Shown: piece by piece, positions 1 through 9,294 of the stretch
Position numbering within the stretch: the stretch's first letter is position 1
How the letters are laid out: each line of letters begins with the position of its first letter
Assembly (NCBI GenBank): GCA_965220965.1
Contig: OZ244852.1
Coordinates: 645,141 to 709,140, forward strand
Direction of reading: 5' to 3'
From: Candidatus Marinacidobacterium sp.
GTDB lineage: Bacteria > Acidobacteriota > Vicinamibacteria > Marinacidobacterales > Marinacidobacteraceae
Length of the DNA: 64,000 nucleotides
Notes under the pieces: generated by a model
The model's database searches: none
Told to the model about the DNA's origin: nothing
What the model saw: only the letters and a program-made list of their open reading frames with translations
Made by a program: the position numbers and the translations under genes

Positions 1-402
1 GCGGACCAGCTCGGCCTCCGGCCCGGAGCGGCCGATGAGGGTGGTGGGCAGGAAGTCCTCTTCGAGGAAGTCGTGCCGCTTGAGCGCGAGGTCCACCGCC
101 AGGCCCTCCGGCAGCAGGACCCAGCGAAGCACGCTCCGGTTGTCCCAGGTGTTCCAGCCGGTGGCGAGCCGCTGCTGGATCTCGCGGTACTCGGGTCCGT
201 TCCCGAGCTCCTCGTCGTACTCCGCGTATCGGTCCGGCCAGTCCGGTTCGGCGTCCGACTCGACAGCCGGCTCCACGGAGGGCGTCGCGGGCTCGCCGCA
301 GCCGCCACCGGCGATCGCCGCCAGCAGGACCAGCAGCGTCGCCGGGCCGCGGACCCCCGGGATGAACCCGGCGAGCGCTCCAAGCCCCCTCGGGGGCGTC
401 AC
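1..402 (-). CDS. Hypothetical lipoprotein, partial. The 3' end lies beyond the window start.
   Basis: Minus-strand frame ending exactly at base 1. It starts with GTG at 402..400, overlapping the TGA stop (399-401) of the upstream beta-propeller gene in a GTGA arrangement. It translates to MTPPRGLGALAGFIPGVRGPATLLVLLAAIAGGGCGEP (lipobox LAAIAGGGC). The downstream composition is globular (W, N, D, K, F, Y rich: YREIQQRLATGWNTWDNRSVLRWVLLPEGLAVDLALKRHDF). Absent from the ORF track because it is partial and GTG-initiated. Confidence 0.55.
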   Translation of the reverse strand, partial: MTPPRGLGALAGFIPGVRGPATLLVLLAAIAGGGCGEPATPSVEPAVESDAEPDWPDRYAEYDEELGNGPEYREIQQRLATGWNTWDNRSVLRWVLLPEGLAVDLALKRHDFLEEDFLPTTLIGRSGPEAELVR

Positions 403-1559
403 TCCATCTTCCAGAAGGCCAGCCCCGAAGCCTGTTTGCCGACCTCGACGACGGCTTCGCGCCGGGTCGTTTCGAGGTTGTAGAACTCGACCCGTCCCGG
501 CTCGCCGCCGATCTCCTCGACGGTGACGATGGCGAAGCGGCTGTCCGGGGTGATCGCGACGCCGTGTGTGATGCGGGCCGAGGCCGGGACCGAGGCGCGC
601 TCGCTCCCGGTCTTCAGATCCCAGAATCCCACTGAGCTGTTCGTTTTCTCGGTCACCACCAGGTGTCGGCCATCGGGGGAGACATCGATGTTGTAGGGGC
701 CGTTCCGCGTGTCGAATCGGCGCCGGGGGGCCCACTCCGCGACGTCGACTTCGAGGACCTGGTTCGCTCCCTGAAGCGCCACGTAGAGCGAGCGCCCGTC
801 GGGAGTCGGCTGGACCCAGGTCGGGTTGACTCCGGCGGCGCCCCCCATGGCCATGCCGCCGTGTCCGGCGTGGGCGTCGCCTCCCATCGATTCGACGGCG
901 CCGGTCGTGGCGTTGTCCGCGGTCAGCCGCATCCGCCGACGCGGCTGGAGCGTCATGGAATCGATCTCGAACAGCTCCGAACTCATCATCGCCACCGAAT
1001 ACGCCAGCATCCCGTCCGGCCCCAGCCGCGACCCGTGCGGCATGACGCCCTGTTCGATCTGGGCGATCTCGGTCATGGACACCGTATCGATCACCGAGAC
1101 GCTCGAGGGGACGTGGTCGCCGTGCAGGTTGAAGTTCACGACGAACAGGAATCCGGTGGTCGGGCTGATGTCCATCGTCGCCGGAAAGAGCCCGGCGGTC
1201 GCATCCGCGACTTCGAGGTCGGTCCCGGTCTCGAACTTGTGGACCGTGCCGTAGGGCATGCCGTGGGCGATCGAGACATACCAGTGGCGGCCGTCGGGAG
1301 ACACCTGGATGCCGTGCGGGCCCTCGATCTCGTTCGGGAGGATCCCCACCGGAATGCGGCGGACCAGTTCCCCGCCGTCCGGCCCGAAGCGGACGAGGTC
1401 CACGGTGTCGTCGGACTCCGCGGCCACGTAGACGAAGTAGTCGTGATCGGCGCTGGTCTGCGCTGAGGCGGTGAGCGGCGCGGCGAGCGCGAGGAGCGCT
1501 CCGGAGAGGAGCGGGCGTCGCGTCGACCGCCGGAGTCGGGGGAGATCGGGGAGCGGCAT
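399..1559 (-). CDS. YVTN-family beta-propeller repeat protein (lactonase-like 7-bladed propeller), secreted
   Basis: C-terminal 387 aa of the 399..2588 ORF. Proper start is ATG at 1559 (MPLPDLPRLRRSTRRPLLSGALLALAAPLTASAQ signal peptide). Repeated SPDGRH/SPDG and YV motifs typical of YVTN propellers. The upstream 340 aa of the listed ORF is R/G/P/A-rich junk. Confidence 0.75.
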   Translation of the reverse strand: MPLPDLPRLRRSTRRPLLSGALLALAAPLTASAQTSADHDYFVYVAAESDDTVDLVRFGPDGGELVRRIPVGILPNEIEGPHGIQVSPDGRHWYVSIAHGMPYGTVHKFETGTDLEVADATAGLFPATMDISPTTGFLFVVNFNLHGDHVPSSVSVIDTVSMTEIAQIEQGVMPHGSRLGPDGMLAYSVAMMSSELFEIDSMTLQPRRRMRLTADNATTGAVESMGGDAHAGHGGMAMGGAAGVNPTWVQPTPDGRSLYVALQGANQVLEVDVAEWAPRRRFDTRNGPYNIDVSPDGRHLVVTEKTNSSVGFWDLKTGSERASVPASARITHGVAITPDSRFAIVTVEEIGGEPGRVEFYNLETTRREAVVEVGKQASGLAFWKME

Positions 1560-1618
1560 GGGGAGGCGACCGATTCTATGGGGAGGCCGCGGAAAGGCGT
1601 CGGGCCGCGCCGAATTGC

Positions 1619-2558
1619 TCAGCGGCCGGAGACCTCCATGGGCCGCAGCTCCTTCCAGCGCTCGATGAACGCGACCGCCGCGTCCACGAAGGCCTCCGCC
1701 TCCCTTCGGCCCCGCTCGACGCTCGAGGCCTCCAGATCGCGAACGCTCCAGACGCCGGTGTCCGTGAGCTCCCGGGTGGACGTCCCCTTGCCGGTCTCCT
1801 CGGCCTTCAGGCTCTCGGCGAGGAACACCCGAAGCGCGGTGGGATCCCCGTCGACCACCTCGGGGAGCATCCGCTCCAGGTGCTCGGGCATCGTCAGGGT
1901 CGTGTCCAGGGCCTGTCCCAGATCGACCAGATCGGGGATCAGGTAGAGCGAGCTCGAGGTCTCGCCGACCCCGCCGTGGCGATCGAACACCGGGCCCCCC
2001 GGGGCCGGCTCGCGCGCCGGCGCCTGTCGGAACGGCGTGGCCGCGGCGCCCAGCTCGACGGCGATGCCCTCGGTCTCGTGGTTGATCCGGTCGGCGATGT
2101 ACTGCGAGATGACCCGGTTGCCGCCGTGCGAGTTGAGGATCAGGAACCGGCGGAAACCGTGGCGCATGAGGCTCTGCGCCGCTTCGAAGAAGACCTCCTG
2201 GATCAGTTCCGCGGGCAGGCTGATCGTGCCGGCGAATCCCAGGTGGTAGGGCGAGTTGCCCGGAAAGAGGATCGGCGCCACCAGCACATCGGTTCGCTGG
2301 GCGACGAGCTTGGCGCGCTCCAGCCCGTTCAGGATGTCGGTTCCGATCGGCAGATGGGCGCCGTGCTGCTCGAGGGCCCCGACCGGCAGGATGACCATGT
2401 CGGTCCGGGTGAGCAGCTCCTCGACTTCCGTCCAGCTCATGTGGGGCAGGTAGTTGCGGACCTTCGTTTCTCCCCAGAGCGGATTCGTCTGGGCCCCGGC
2501 GAAGCCCGCGGTGAGGAAAACGGCGAGGATCGCCGGAGTGAAGAGCTTGCTGGACATG
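1619..2558 (-). CDS. Creatininase (creatinine amidohydrolase) family protein, secreted
   Basis: Start ATG at 2558 (MSSKLFTPAILAVFLTAGFAGAQ signal peptide). Creatininase-family motifs ILPVGALEQHGAHLPIGTD and LNSHGGN. 313 aa. Confidence 0.8.
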
Positions 2559-2618
2559 GGACGGCCTCCGGGGGCGAAGGTATCCCACCGCGGGGCGGAC
2601 CGCCCCGCGCGCTCCGGA

Positions 2619-3407
2619 CTATTCGGACGCGCGCTGCATGCGAATGATCTGGGCCACCGCCGGAGCCTCGAAGTACGGAGGGACGTCGAGGAGCGCGATC
2701 GGCTCGCGGGGCAGGGTGTCCTCCGACTTGAACTCGAAGTCCTCTCCGGTGGCCGTCCCGGCGTCGTAGGCGACCAGTTCCGCCGCCACCGCGTCATGCC
2801 AGCGGCCATCGGCGTCCGTCGCGCAGATGTCGGAGAACCCGACGAACCAGTCGGCGCTCGGGTCGATCATCTGCGCGTACGAGAAGCACGGCTTTTCGAG
2901 CGAGATCTCGACCGACGGGTCGGGAGTGAAGAAAAGGGCCAGCATCTCGGCGAGGCTCCGGAAGACGATCTCGCCTCCGGCGGCCTCCGCCTCGGCGAGA
3001 AGCGCAGCGGAGCTTCCGGTCTCGGCCAGGATCTTGAGCCCGTCCGAGGCGGTCTCGCCCGGCTTCCATGGAGCCTCGCCGGGCGCGTGCGCCACCATCG
3101 CCAGCGGCGGGGCGAAGTCCACTCCCTCCGGCAGCGATCCCGGCACGCGGGGGCTGATCAGCGGCTCCGGCTGGAGGAAGGTGTAGGTGGCGGTGGCGGG
3201 TTCGGGTTCGGGGGCCGGCGCCGGCGCCGGGGTGGGAGCGGGCGTCGGGGCGGGGGTCTCGGAGTCCCCGCAGGAGGCGAAAGCGGCCGCGGCGGCGAAC
3301 AGGAGAACCTGGCCGGCGAAGCGGGTCAGTCGCTGGCGTTCAGGAAGAGATGGATGGGCGTTCAAGGGGGTCCTTCGCTGGCTTGGATCGGAACGGTGGG
3401 CGGACAT
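2619..3407 (-). CDS. Hypothetical lipoprotein with Pro/Thr/Ala/Glu linker. C-terminal domain possibly spondin_N-like.
   Basis: Lipobox AFASCGDS followed by a PAPTPAPTPAPAPAPEPEP linker encoded by GCCGGC-type hexamer repeats. C-terminal domain with conserved Cys/Trp (PCFSYAQMIDPSADWFVGFSDICATDADGRWHD). Start could be an internal site. Confidence 0.55.
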   Translation of the reverse strand: MSAHRSDPSQRRTPLNAHPSLPERQRLTRFAGQVLLFAAAAAFASCGDSETPAPTPAPTPAPAPAPEPEPATATYTFLQPEPLISPRVPGSLPEGVDFAPPLAMVAHAPGEAPWKPGETASDGLKILAETGSSAALLAEAEAAGGEIVFRSLAEMLALFFTPDPSVEISLEKPCFSYAQMIDPSADWFVGFSDICATDADGRWHDAVAAELVAYDAGTATGEDFEFKSEDTLPREPIALLDVPPYFEAPAVAQIIRMQRASE

Positions 3408-3508
3408 CCGGTTCGGTCCGGCTGGTGAGATGGAGGAGACGAAACCTGATACCGGGAATCAGGTTCAGAACGTTACCGCGGCTCACGCCCGCACGGGGGG
3501 CCGCCGGC

Positions 3509-5269
3509 TCACCCCTGGCTTGCGCGGCGAAGCGCGAAGGCGGATGCGGTGCGCACCGGGTCTACGCCCGGCTGGAAGATGCGTTCGGACGCCGCTTTCG
3601 CCAGGGCGATCCCGCTGGGGCGCCCGAAGTGGCCGGTGAGGGCGGTCTCGGCGCGAATCTCGACATCGTGTCCGCGCTCTTCCAGCAGGCGCGCCACCTC
3701 GGAAGCCGAGGGGGTTCTCTCGTCGAGGCTGAGCGGGCCGGTGTCGGCGTGAAACCCCGGCCCCTCCGCGGCTTCCGGCAGGGAGACCCCGCGGCCGAGA
3801 GCCCGCGCCAGCATGATCGCCACCGCCGAGATGAGCCGGCGGCCCCCCGGAGAGCCGGCGACGACCTCGAGCTCGCCGTCCCGGCAGACCAGCGCGGGCG
3901 CCGCCGCGTGGAGCGCGCGGCGACCCGGGGCGGGGGAGATCCTGTTCCCCGGCCTCGGGTCGAACCACATCATCCCGTTGTTCAGGGGATATCCGAGCCC
4001 GGGAACCGCGAACGCCGACCCGAACCGACCGCCGAGGGTCGCGGTGAAGGCGACCGCCATCCCGTCCTCGTCCGCGACGTTCATGTGGGTGGTGCAGTCC
4101 CCCGCCGCGGCGGCCGGCGCGGCAGTGGCGTCGTCCGGGGCGCCGGCCGGCGCGGTCTCGGCCAGGGTCGGCGCCCGCGGTCCGTCCGCGGTCATCCCCG
4201 ACCGCCGGGCCGCGAGATACGCGGGCTCGAGCAGCCCCGCGAGCGGGACCGGAACGCTCTCCGGGTCGCCCAGCCACCGGAAGCGGTCGTCGAACGCGAG
4301 CCGCAGCGCCTCCGCCGCGGCGTGCAGGAAGCGCGCGGTCCCGGCCGGCGCGGGATCCGCCGCCAGCGCCGCGGGGAAAGCGTCCAGGTGCGCGAGCGCC
4401 GCCAGCAGCGTCGGGCCGCCGGAGTTCGCCGGGAGCGTGACGACCTCCCGACCGAAGGCGGTTATCCGGATCGGATCCACCTCGCGGGCCGCCTCGGCGG
4501 CGAAGTCCTCGGGGGCGAGCACGCCGCCGGCTTCCCGCACGCCGTCCGCAAGCCGGCGGGCGAGGTCTCCCCGATAGAACGGCTCCGCGCCGTCCCGCGC
4601 GAAGCGACGCAGGCTGGCGGCGAGGTCCGGCAGCCGGAGCCGGTCGCTCTCGCCGGTCGGGACGAACGGACTCCCGTCGGGGCGGGTGTAGAGCGGGAAC
4701 GCTCCGGGGGAGCGGCGCAGGCGCCGATAACCGGCGGCGGCGTGGACCGCGAAGACCCAGTCGGGGACGAAACCCTCGGAGGCCAGCCGTATCGCCGGTT
4801 CTACGGTCGTCTCGAAGGGGAGGCGGCCGAACCGGGCGTGGAGCGCGGCGAGCACCGCGGGAGCGGTCGGGACAAGGGCTGAGAGCGGGCCGGTCTCCGC
4901 CCGGTCTCCCTTCGTCGGAGGGAACCCGTAGAGCCCGCCGCCTACGCCGGGCAGGGGCTCGAACATGTCCTCGCGGGTCGACGCCGGACAGCGCGCGGCG
5001 CCCTCGAGCGCGGTGATGCGGGACCCGGCGACATCGCTCCCGGGCGCGCACACCAGGGCGTAGGCCGTTCCTCCCAGGCCGCTCATCGCGGGCTCCACAA
5101 CGCCCGAGGCCAGCGCCGTCGCCACCGCGGCGTCCGCGGCGTTTCCGCCGGCGGCCAGGGTCTCCGCCCCGACCCGCGCTGCGATCCGGGACATCGCGGT
5201 GACGGCGCCGGCGTTCCCCCGGACCCGGAAACGTCCCGGCCGGGGAACGGCCTCGCGCAGGGTCAGCAC
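3509..5269 (-). CDS. ggt: Gamma-glutamyltranspeptidase
   Basis: Catalytic TTH motif (GDCTTHMNVADEDGMAVAFTATLGG), GGT small-subunit motifs and typical length. Start ambiguous: listed ATG at 5269, or MSRIAARVGAETLAAGGNAADAAVA about 25 codons downstream. Confidence 0.85.
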   Translation of the reverse strand: MLTLREAVPRPGRFRVRGNAGAVTAMSRIAARVGAETLAAGGNAADAAVATALASGVVEPAMSGLGGTAYALVCAPGSDVAGSRITALEGAARCPASTREDMFEPLPGVGGGLYGFPPTKGDRAETGPLSALVPTAPAVLAALHARFGRLPFETTVEPAIRLASEGFVPDWVFAVHAAAGYRRLRRSPGAFPLYTRPDGSPFVPTGESDRLRLPDLAASLRRFARDGAEPFYRGDLARRLADGVREAGGVLAPEDFAAEAAREVDPIRITAFGREVVTLPANSGGPTLLAALAHLDAFPAALAADPAPAGTARFLHAAAEALRLAFDDRFRWLGDPESVPVPLAGLLEPAYLAARRSGMTADGPRAPTLAETAPAGAPDDATAAPAAAAGDCTTHMNVADEDGMAVAFTATLGGRFGSAFAVPGLGYPLNNGMMWFDPRPGNRISPAPGRRALHAAAPALVCRDGELEVVAGSPGGRRLISAVAIMLARALGRGVSLPEAAEGPGFHADTGPLSLDERTPSASEVARLLEERGHDVEIRAETALTGHFGRPSGIALAKAASERIFQPGVDPVRTASAFALRRASQG

Positions 5270-5319
5270 GGAAGCGTCCCGGTCCGGCGTTTCATGCTCG
5301 GCGCTTCATGCCCGGCGGT

Positions 5320-6294
5320 TCATGCAAGGACATCCGCGAGCAGCCCCGCTTCGGCGTTCCCTCCGCACAGCGGCAGCACGAGCCGCCGGTCGGCGAAGCG
5401 GTCCCGGTGCTCCAGCGCGGCGGCCACCCCGGCGGCGCCGGCGGGCTCCACGACGAGACCGAGCGTCCGGTGCAGCAGGCGAACCGCCTCCCGAAGCGAG
5501 TCCTCGCGCACCGCGAGGACTTCGTCGACCACCGAGCGCATGACCTCGACCGCCTCCGGGACCGGGACCCGCACCGCGATCCCGTCGGCGATCGTCGCGG
5601 GCGCATCGGCCGCCGCCGAAGCGTCCCCGGTTTCGAACGCCCGTCGCATGACCGGCGCCGTCCCGGCGACGACCCCGATCACCCGAACGTCGGGACGGTA
5701 TGCGCGGCAGTAGAGCCCCATGCCGCCGATCAGGGCGCCGTTCCCGACCGGAGAGACGAGCAGGTCGCCGGCGTCCGCCTCGAAGCACTCGAGCGCGATC
5801 GTTCCCGCGCCCTCGGTGATCTCCGGCTCCCGGCCGTCCTCCACGAACGCGGCGCCGGTCTCGTCGGCGAAGCCGCGCGCCGCCTCCTTGGCGGCGTCGA
5901 AGTCGTCGCCCTCGAGGCGGACCTCGGCCCCCAGCCGGCGCATCGCCGCGACCTTGTCCGGATTGGCCCGGACCGAAGAGAACACCGTGATCGGGATGGC
6001 GGCCCGGCGGGCGGCGAAGGCGAGCCCCTGTCCGAAGTTGCCGGCCGACCCGGTGACCCAGCCGGCCCGGCCGCCCGAGGCGTCCCGCTTCGCTTCCGCG
6101 CCGCGGCGGGCGCCGAACCAGCAAGCGCCCCGGGCCTTGAAGCTCCGGATGGGATTCAGCGTCTCGACCTTTACGAAGGCCCGGGCGCCGAGCGCTTCGG
6201 AGAGGTCCGCCGAGACGAACTGCGGGGTGTCGCGGAACTCCGCGGGAATTGCGCCGTGGGCCGGCTCGATCCGGTCGGCGCGGGGAGGGTCCAT
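5320..6294 (-). CDS. PLP-dependent threonine/serine dehydratase family protein
   Basis: Lys-containing PLP motif SFKARGA, glycine-rich loop GSAGNFGQG, about 324 aa (fold type II PLP enzyme). Confidence 0.8.
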   Translation of the reverse strand: MDPPRADRIEPAHGAIPAEFRDTPQFVSADLSEALGARAFVKVETLNPIRSFKARGACWFGARRGAEAKRDASGGRAGWVTGSAGNFGQGLAFAARRAAIPITVFSSVRANPDKVAAMRRLGAEVRLEGDDFDAAKEAARGFADETGAAFVEDGREPEITEGAGTIALECFEADAGDLLVSPVGNGALIGGMGLYCRAYRPDVRVIGVVAGTAPVMRRAFETGDASAAADAPATIADGIAVRVPVPEAVEVMRSVVDEVLAVREDSLREAVRLLHRTLGLVVEPAGAAGVAAALEHRDRFADRRLVLPLCGGNAEAGLLADVLA

Positions 6295-6407
6295 GGGCGC
6301 CCGGATGGTAGTCGGGCGGCCGCGCCGCCCGGACTGGTCGGCTCCGCATACACTCCGTCGGGTTCGCGGTGGCCGCCTGGCCGCCGGAGGCCATCAGGAG
6401 AACGAGC

Positions 6408-7556
6408 ATGAAGCGAGAGACGACACCGGACGCGCGCGGGGTGACCCGGCGGCAATTCGTGAAGGCGGGGGCGGCGGGAGCGGCGGCCCTCTCGACCGGG
6501 ATCGCCCGGCCGGCGCGCGGCGCTCCGGCCGTCCAGAGTTCCGGGCCCCGGCCGGTCGTCATTTCGTCCGGCAACGGGAACCGCTACAGGAACGGCGGCG
6601 ACGAGGTCGTCGTCGAGCGCGCCTTCCGGATGATGACCGAGGGCGAGGACATCCTCGAGAGCCTGATCGCCGGCGTGAACATCGTCGAGCTCGACCCCGA
6701 GGACGCGAGCGTGGGCTACGGCGGCCTTCCGAACGCCGACGGCGTCGTCCAGCTCGACTCCTGCTGCATGCACGGTCCGCTGCGGCGGGCCGGAGGGGTG
6801 GCCGGGCTCGAAGGGGTCCGCACTCCGTCGAACGTGGCCCACCATGTCCTCCAGATCACCGACCATCACCTGCTGGTGGGGAAGGGCGCCCAGGTCTTCG
6901 CCCGCAACATGGGTCTCAAGATCGAGGACGACCTCAACTCCGACCGGTCCCGGGCGATGTGGCTCGAGTGGAAGCGGCGGATCGACCCGCGGCACTATCT
7001 CGACCCGAAGACGCGCGCCGACGCCGGTCACGCGGCGGGGCTCTCGATGGTCCGGGACGGGCTGATCCCCGAAGAGGACTACTACGGGACGATCAACTGC
7101 GACGGCCTCAACGCGAACGGCGACCTCGCGGGCGTCACCACCACCAGCGGGCTGGCGTGGAAGATCCCGGGACGGGTGGGAGACTCGCCCATCCTCGGCG
7201 CCGGCCTGTATGTGGACAACGAAGTCGGCGCGGCCGGCTCGACGGGCCGGGGCGAGGCGAACCTCTACGGCCTGTGCTCGTACCTGGTCGTGGAAGAGAT
7301 GCGCCGCGGAGCGCACCCGAAGGACGCCGCGATGACGGCGCTCGCCCGGGTCAAGGAGAACACCGTCGAAAAGCGCCTCCTGAACAGCCGCGGCCTTCCG
7401 GCTTTCGGGCTGTCCTTCTACGTCCTGAACAAGGCGGGCGAGTACGCCGGCGTCTCGATGTACACCACCGAGCGCTCCACCTTCGCGGTCTGCACCGAGA
7501 ACGGGCCGGAGTCGGTTCCCATGGAGCCGTACCTGGAGGGTTCCGCCTCCGACTGA
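6408..7556 (+). CDS. Ntn-hydrolase asparaginase_2 family (glycosylasparaginase / isoaspartyl peptidase), Tat-secreted
   Basis: Tat motif TRRQFVKAGAAGAAAL. Autoprocessing and active-site region GTINCDGLNANGDLAGVTTTSGLAWKIPGRVGDSPILGAGLY. Start chosen at ATG 6408 (MKRETTPD) within the 6369 ORF. Confidence 0.8.
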   Translation: MKRETTPDARGVTRRQFVKAGAAGAAALSTGIARPARGAPAVQSSGPRPVVISSGNGNRYRNGGDEVVVERAFRMMTEGEDILESLIAGVNIVELDPEDASVGYGGLPNADGVVQLDSCCMHGPLRRAGGVAGLEGVRTPSNVAHHVLQITDHHLLVGKGAQVFARNMGLKIEDDLNSDRSRAMWLEWKRRIDPRHYLDPKTRADAGHAAGLSMVRDGLIPEEDYYGTINCDGLNANGDLAGVTTTSGLAWKIPGRVGDSPILGAGLYVDNEVGAAGSTGRGEANLYGLCSYLVVEEMRRGAHPKDAAMTALARVKENTVEKRLLNSRGLPAFGLSFYVLNKAGEYAGVSMYTTERSTFAVCTENGPESVPMEPYLEGSASD

Positions 7557-7557
7557 T

Positions 7558-7929
7558 TTGGGTCACTCTCGTTTCGGAAAGGGGCGCCGCGGCCGCTTCC
7601 CGGCGGTCGGCGCCCTGATCGTCGGGCTGTTCGTCGGCGGCGTTGCGTTCGCGCAGCCCCCGAAAGCGGAAGAGGAAGAGGAGCCGCTCCCGCCTCCTCC
7701 GTCGATCTTCGATCTCTCCTACGAGGTGAGGAACCCGAGGGAACTGGGTCCCAAGGACTTCCAGAACCGCTGGCGGCGCATCTGGGGAGCGCTCGGGATG
7801 CGCGCCCACTACTACCCGTCACAGCTCAGCGGACCGGAGAACTGGCCCCCGCACCTCTACGGCGGCGGGATGAACTACAGCATCTGGCGGGACACAGTCA
7901 CCGGCTGGCATCAGGGCACACCGCCTTGA
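7558..7929 (+). CDS. Hypothetical small secreted protein
   Basis: TTG-initiated ORF with strong GC3 bias. Hydrophobic segment VGALIVGLFVGGVAFAQPP, then an acidic/Pro stretch and a Trp/Tyr-rich C-terminus. No recognisable family. Confidence 0.35.
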   Translation: MGHSRFGKGRRGRFPAVGALIVGLFVGGVAFAQPPKAEEEEEPLPPPPSIFDLSYEVRNPRELGPKDFQNRWRRIWGALGMRAHYYPSQLSGPENWPPHLYGGGMNYSIWRDTVTGWHQGTPP

Positions 7930-7977
7930 ACCGCGCGTTGCGCGGAAGGGGCCGCGGCGTAAGCCATCCCTGACGCC

Positions 7978-9282
7978 TTGCGGGTCCTGAGCTTCACCGC
8001 CGGCGCGGGGGAGATGCTCTGCGGGAGCTGCATCCGCGACAACACCCTCGCCCGCGAGCTGGGACGCCGCGGGCACGAGGTCCGGCTCGCGCCGCTCTAC
8101 CAGCGCAGCCGGACGGACGAGGAGAGCGTCTCCGACCCGTCGGTGCGCTTCGGCGGCGTCTCGGTGTTCCTGCAGCACGCCGCCCCCCTGTTCGGGCGGC
8201 TGGGCTTCGTGAACGCGTTCCTCGATTCGGGCCCGGTCGTGCGCCTCGCCGGGCGCTTCTCCGGTTCGACCGAGGCGAGTCGCCTCGGCCCGCTGACCGT
8301 GACCACGCTGCTGGCGGAGCGCGGGCCGGCGCGACGCGCCGTCGAGTCGCTCATGGCCTCGCTGTCCGGAGAGCGGTTCGATCTCGTCATGCTGCCGAAC
8401 TCGTTGCTCCTCGGACTGGTCGCGCCCCTCAGGGCGGCCCTCGGCGCCCCGGTGATCGTCACCTTCTCGGGCGAGGATCTCTTCCTCTCGCAGCTTCCCG
8501 AGGAGGACCGGAACGCGGCGCTCGACCTCATGCGGGAGGCGGCCCGCGAGGTGGACCTCTTCGTGGGCGTCACCGCTCACCACGCGAAGGACATGGCGCG
8601 CCGCCTCGGGGCGCCCGAGTCCCGGGTTGCGGTGGTCCGCCTGGGGGTCGACCCGGCCGGCTTCCCCGACGCGCCGAAGCCGGCCCCGGCGGATCCGCCC
8701 GACGAGGTCACGATCGCGTATCTCTCCCGCATCGCCCCCGAGAAGGGCCTCGACCGGTTGGCGGACGCCGTCGCCTCGGTCAGCCGGGCCGGGGGGCCGC
8801 GGCTCCGCGTCCGCGCCGCCGGGTGGATGGCGCGGAGCCAGCGCGGCTACCTGGCCGGCGTGCGCGCCCGTTTCGCGTCCGAGGCGCCGGGCGTCCGGTT
8901 CGACTACGAGGGGAGCCCGGACCGCGAGGGGAAGCTGCGGCTGCTGCGCGAGGCGGATGTGTTCGCGTTGCCCGCTGTCTTCCCCGAGCCCAAGGGCATT
9001 CCCCCGATCGAGGCGATGATGGCGGGAACCCCGGTCGTGCTGCCCGCGACCGGGGCCTACCCGGACCTGATCCGCCGCACCGGCGGCGGCGTCCTGGCCC
9101 GCAGCGCCGATCCCGGGGACTTCGCGGCGGCGCTCGGGGACCTGCTGCGGGATCCGGAGGAACGCTCCCGCCTCGGCGCGGAAGGATTCCGGCGGGTGCG
9201 CGAGGAGCACTCCGCCCACCGCATGGCGGAAGACATGGAGGCCGCCTGGCGCGAGGCCGTCCGCATCCGCCGCGCCGCCTGA
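7978..9282 (+). CDS. Glycosyltransferase family 4 (GT-B, Glycos_transf_1 domain)
   Basis: C-terminal GT1-domain signature (EAMMAGTPVVLPATGAYPDLI; E-x7-E-like region), 434 aa. Confidence 0.8.
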   Translation: MRVLSFTAGAGEMLCGSCIRDNTLARELGRRGHEVRLAPLYQRSRTDEESVSDPSVRFGGVSVFLQHAAPLFGRLGFVNAFLDSGPVVRLAGRFSGSTEASRLGPLTVTTLLAERGPARRAVESLMASLSGERFDLVMLPNSLLLGLVAPLRAALGAPVIVTFSGEDLFLSQLPEEDRNAALDLMREAAREVDLFVGVTAHHAKDMARRLGAPESRVAVVRLGVDPAGFPDAPKPAPADPPDEVTIAYLSRIAPEKGLDRLADAVASVSRAGGPRLRVRAAGWMARSQRGYLAGVRARFASEAPGVRFDYEGSPDREGKLRLLREADVFALPAVFPEPKGIPPIEAMMAGTPVVLPATGAYPDLIRRTGGGVLARSADPGDFAAALGDLLRDPEERSRLGAEGFRRVREEHSAHRMAEDMEAAWREAVRIRRAA

Positions 9283-9294
9283 CAACCTGATTTC

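Noticed and set aside
399-2588. Full 729-aa ORF for the beta-propeller gene and the 396-aa ORF for the creatininase gene
   Set aside because: The N-terminal extensions are R/G/P-rich and precede obvious signal peptides. Starts were moved to 1559 and 2558.
3483-6574. Long overlapping ORFs (for example 3483..5051 minus 522 aa, 5306..6574 minus 422 aa, 5308..6411 plus 367 aa) with Arg/Gly/Pro/Ala-rich translations
   Set aside because: Typical open alternative frames of 70% GC DNA. No domain signatures. They overlap genes (ggt, dehydratase) that have clear family motifs.
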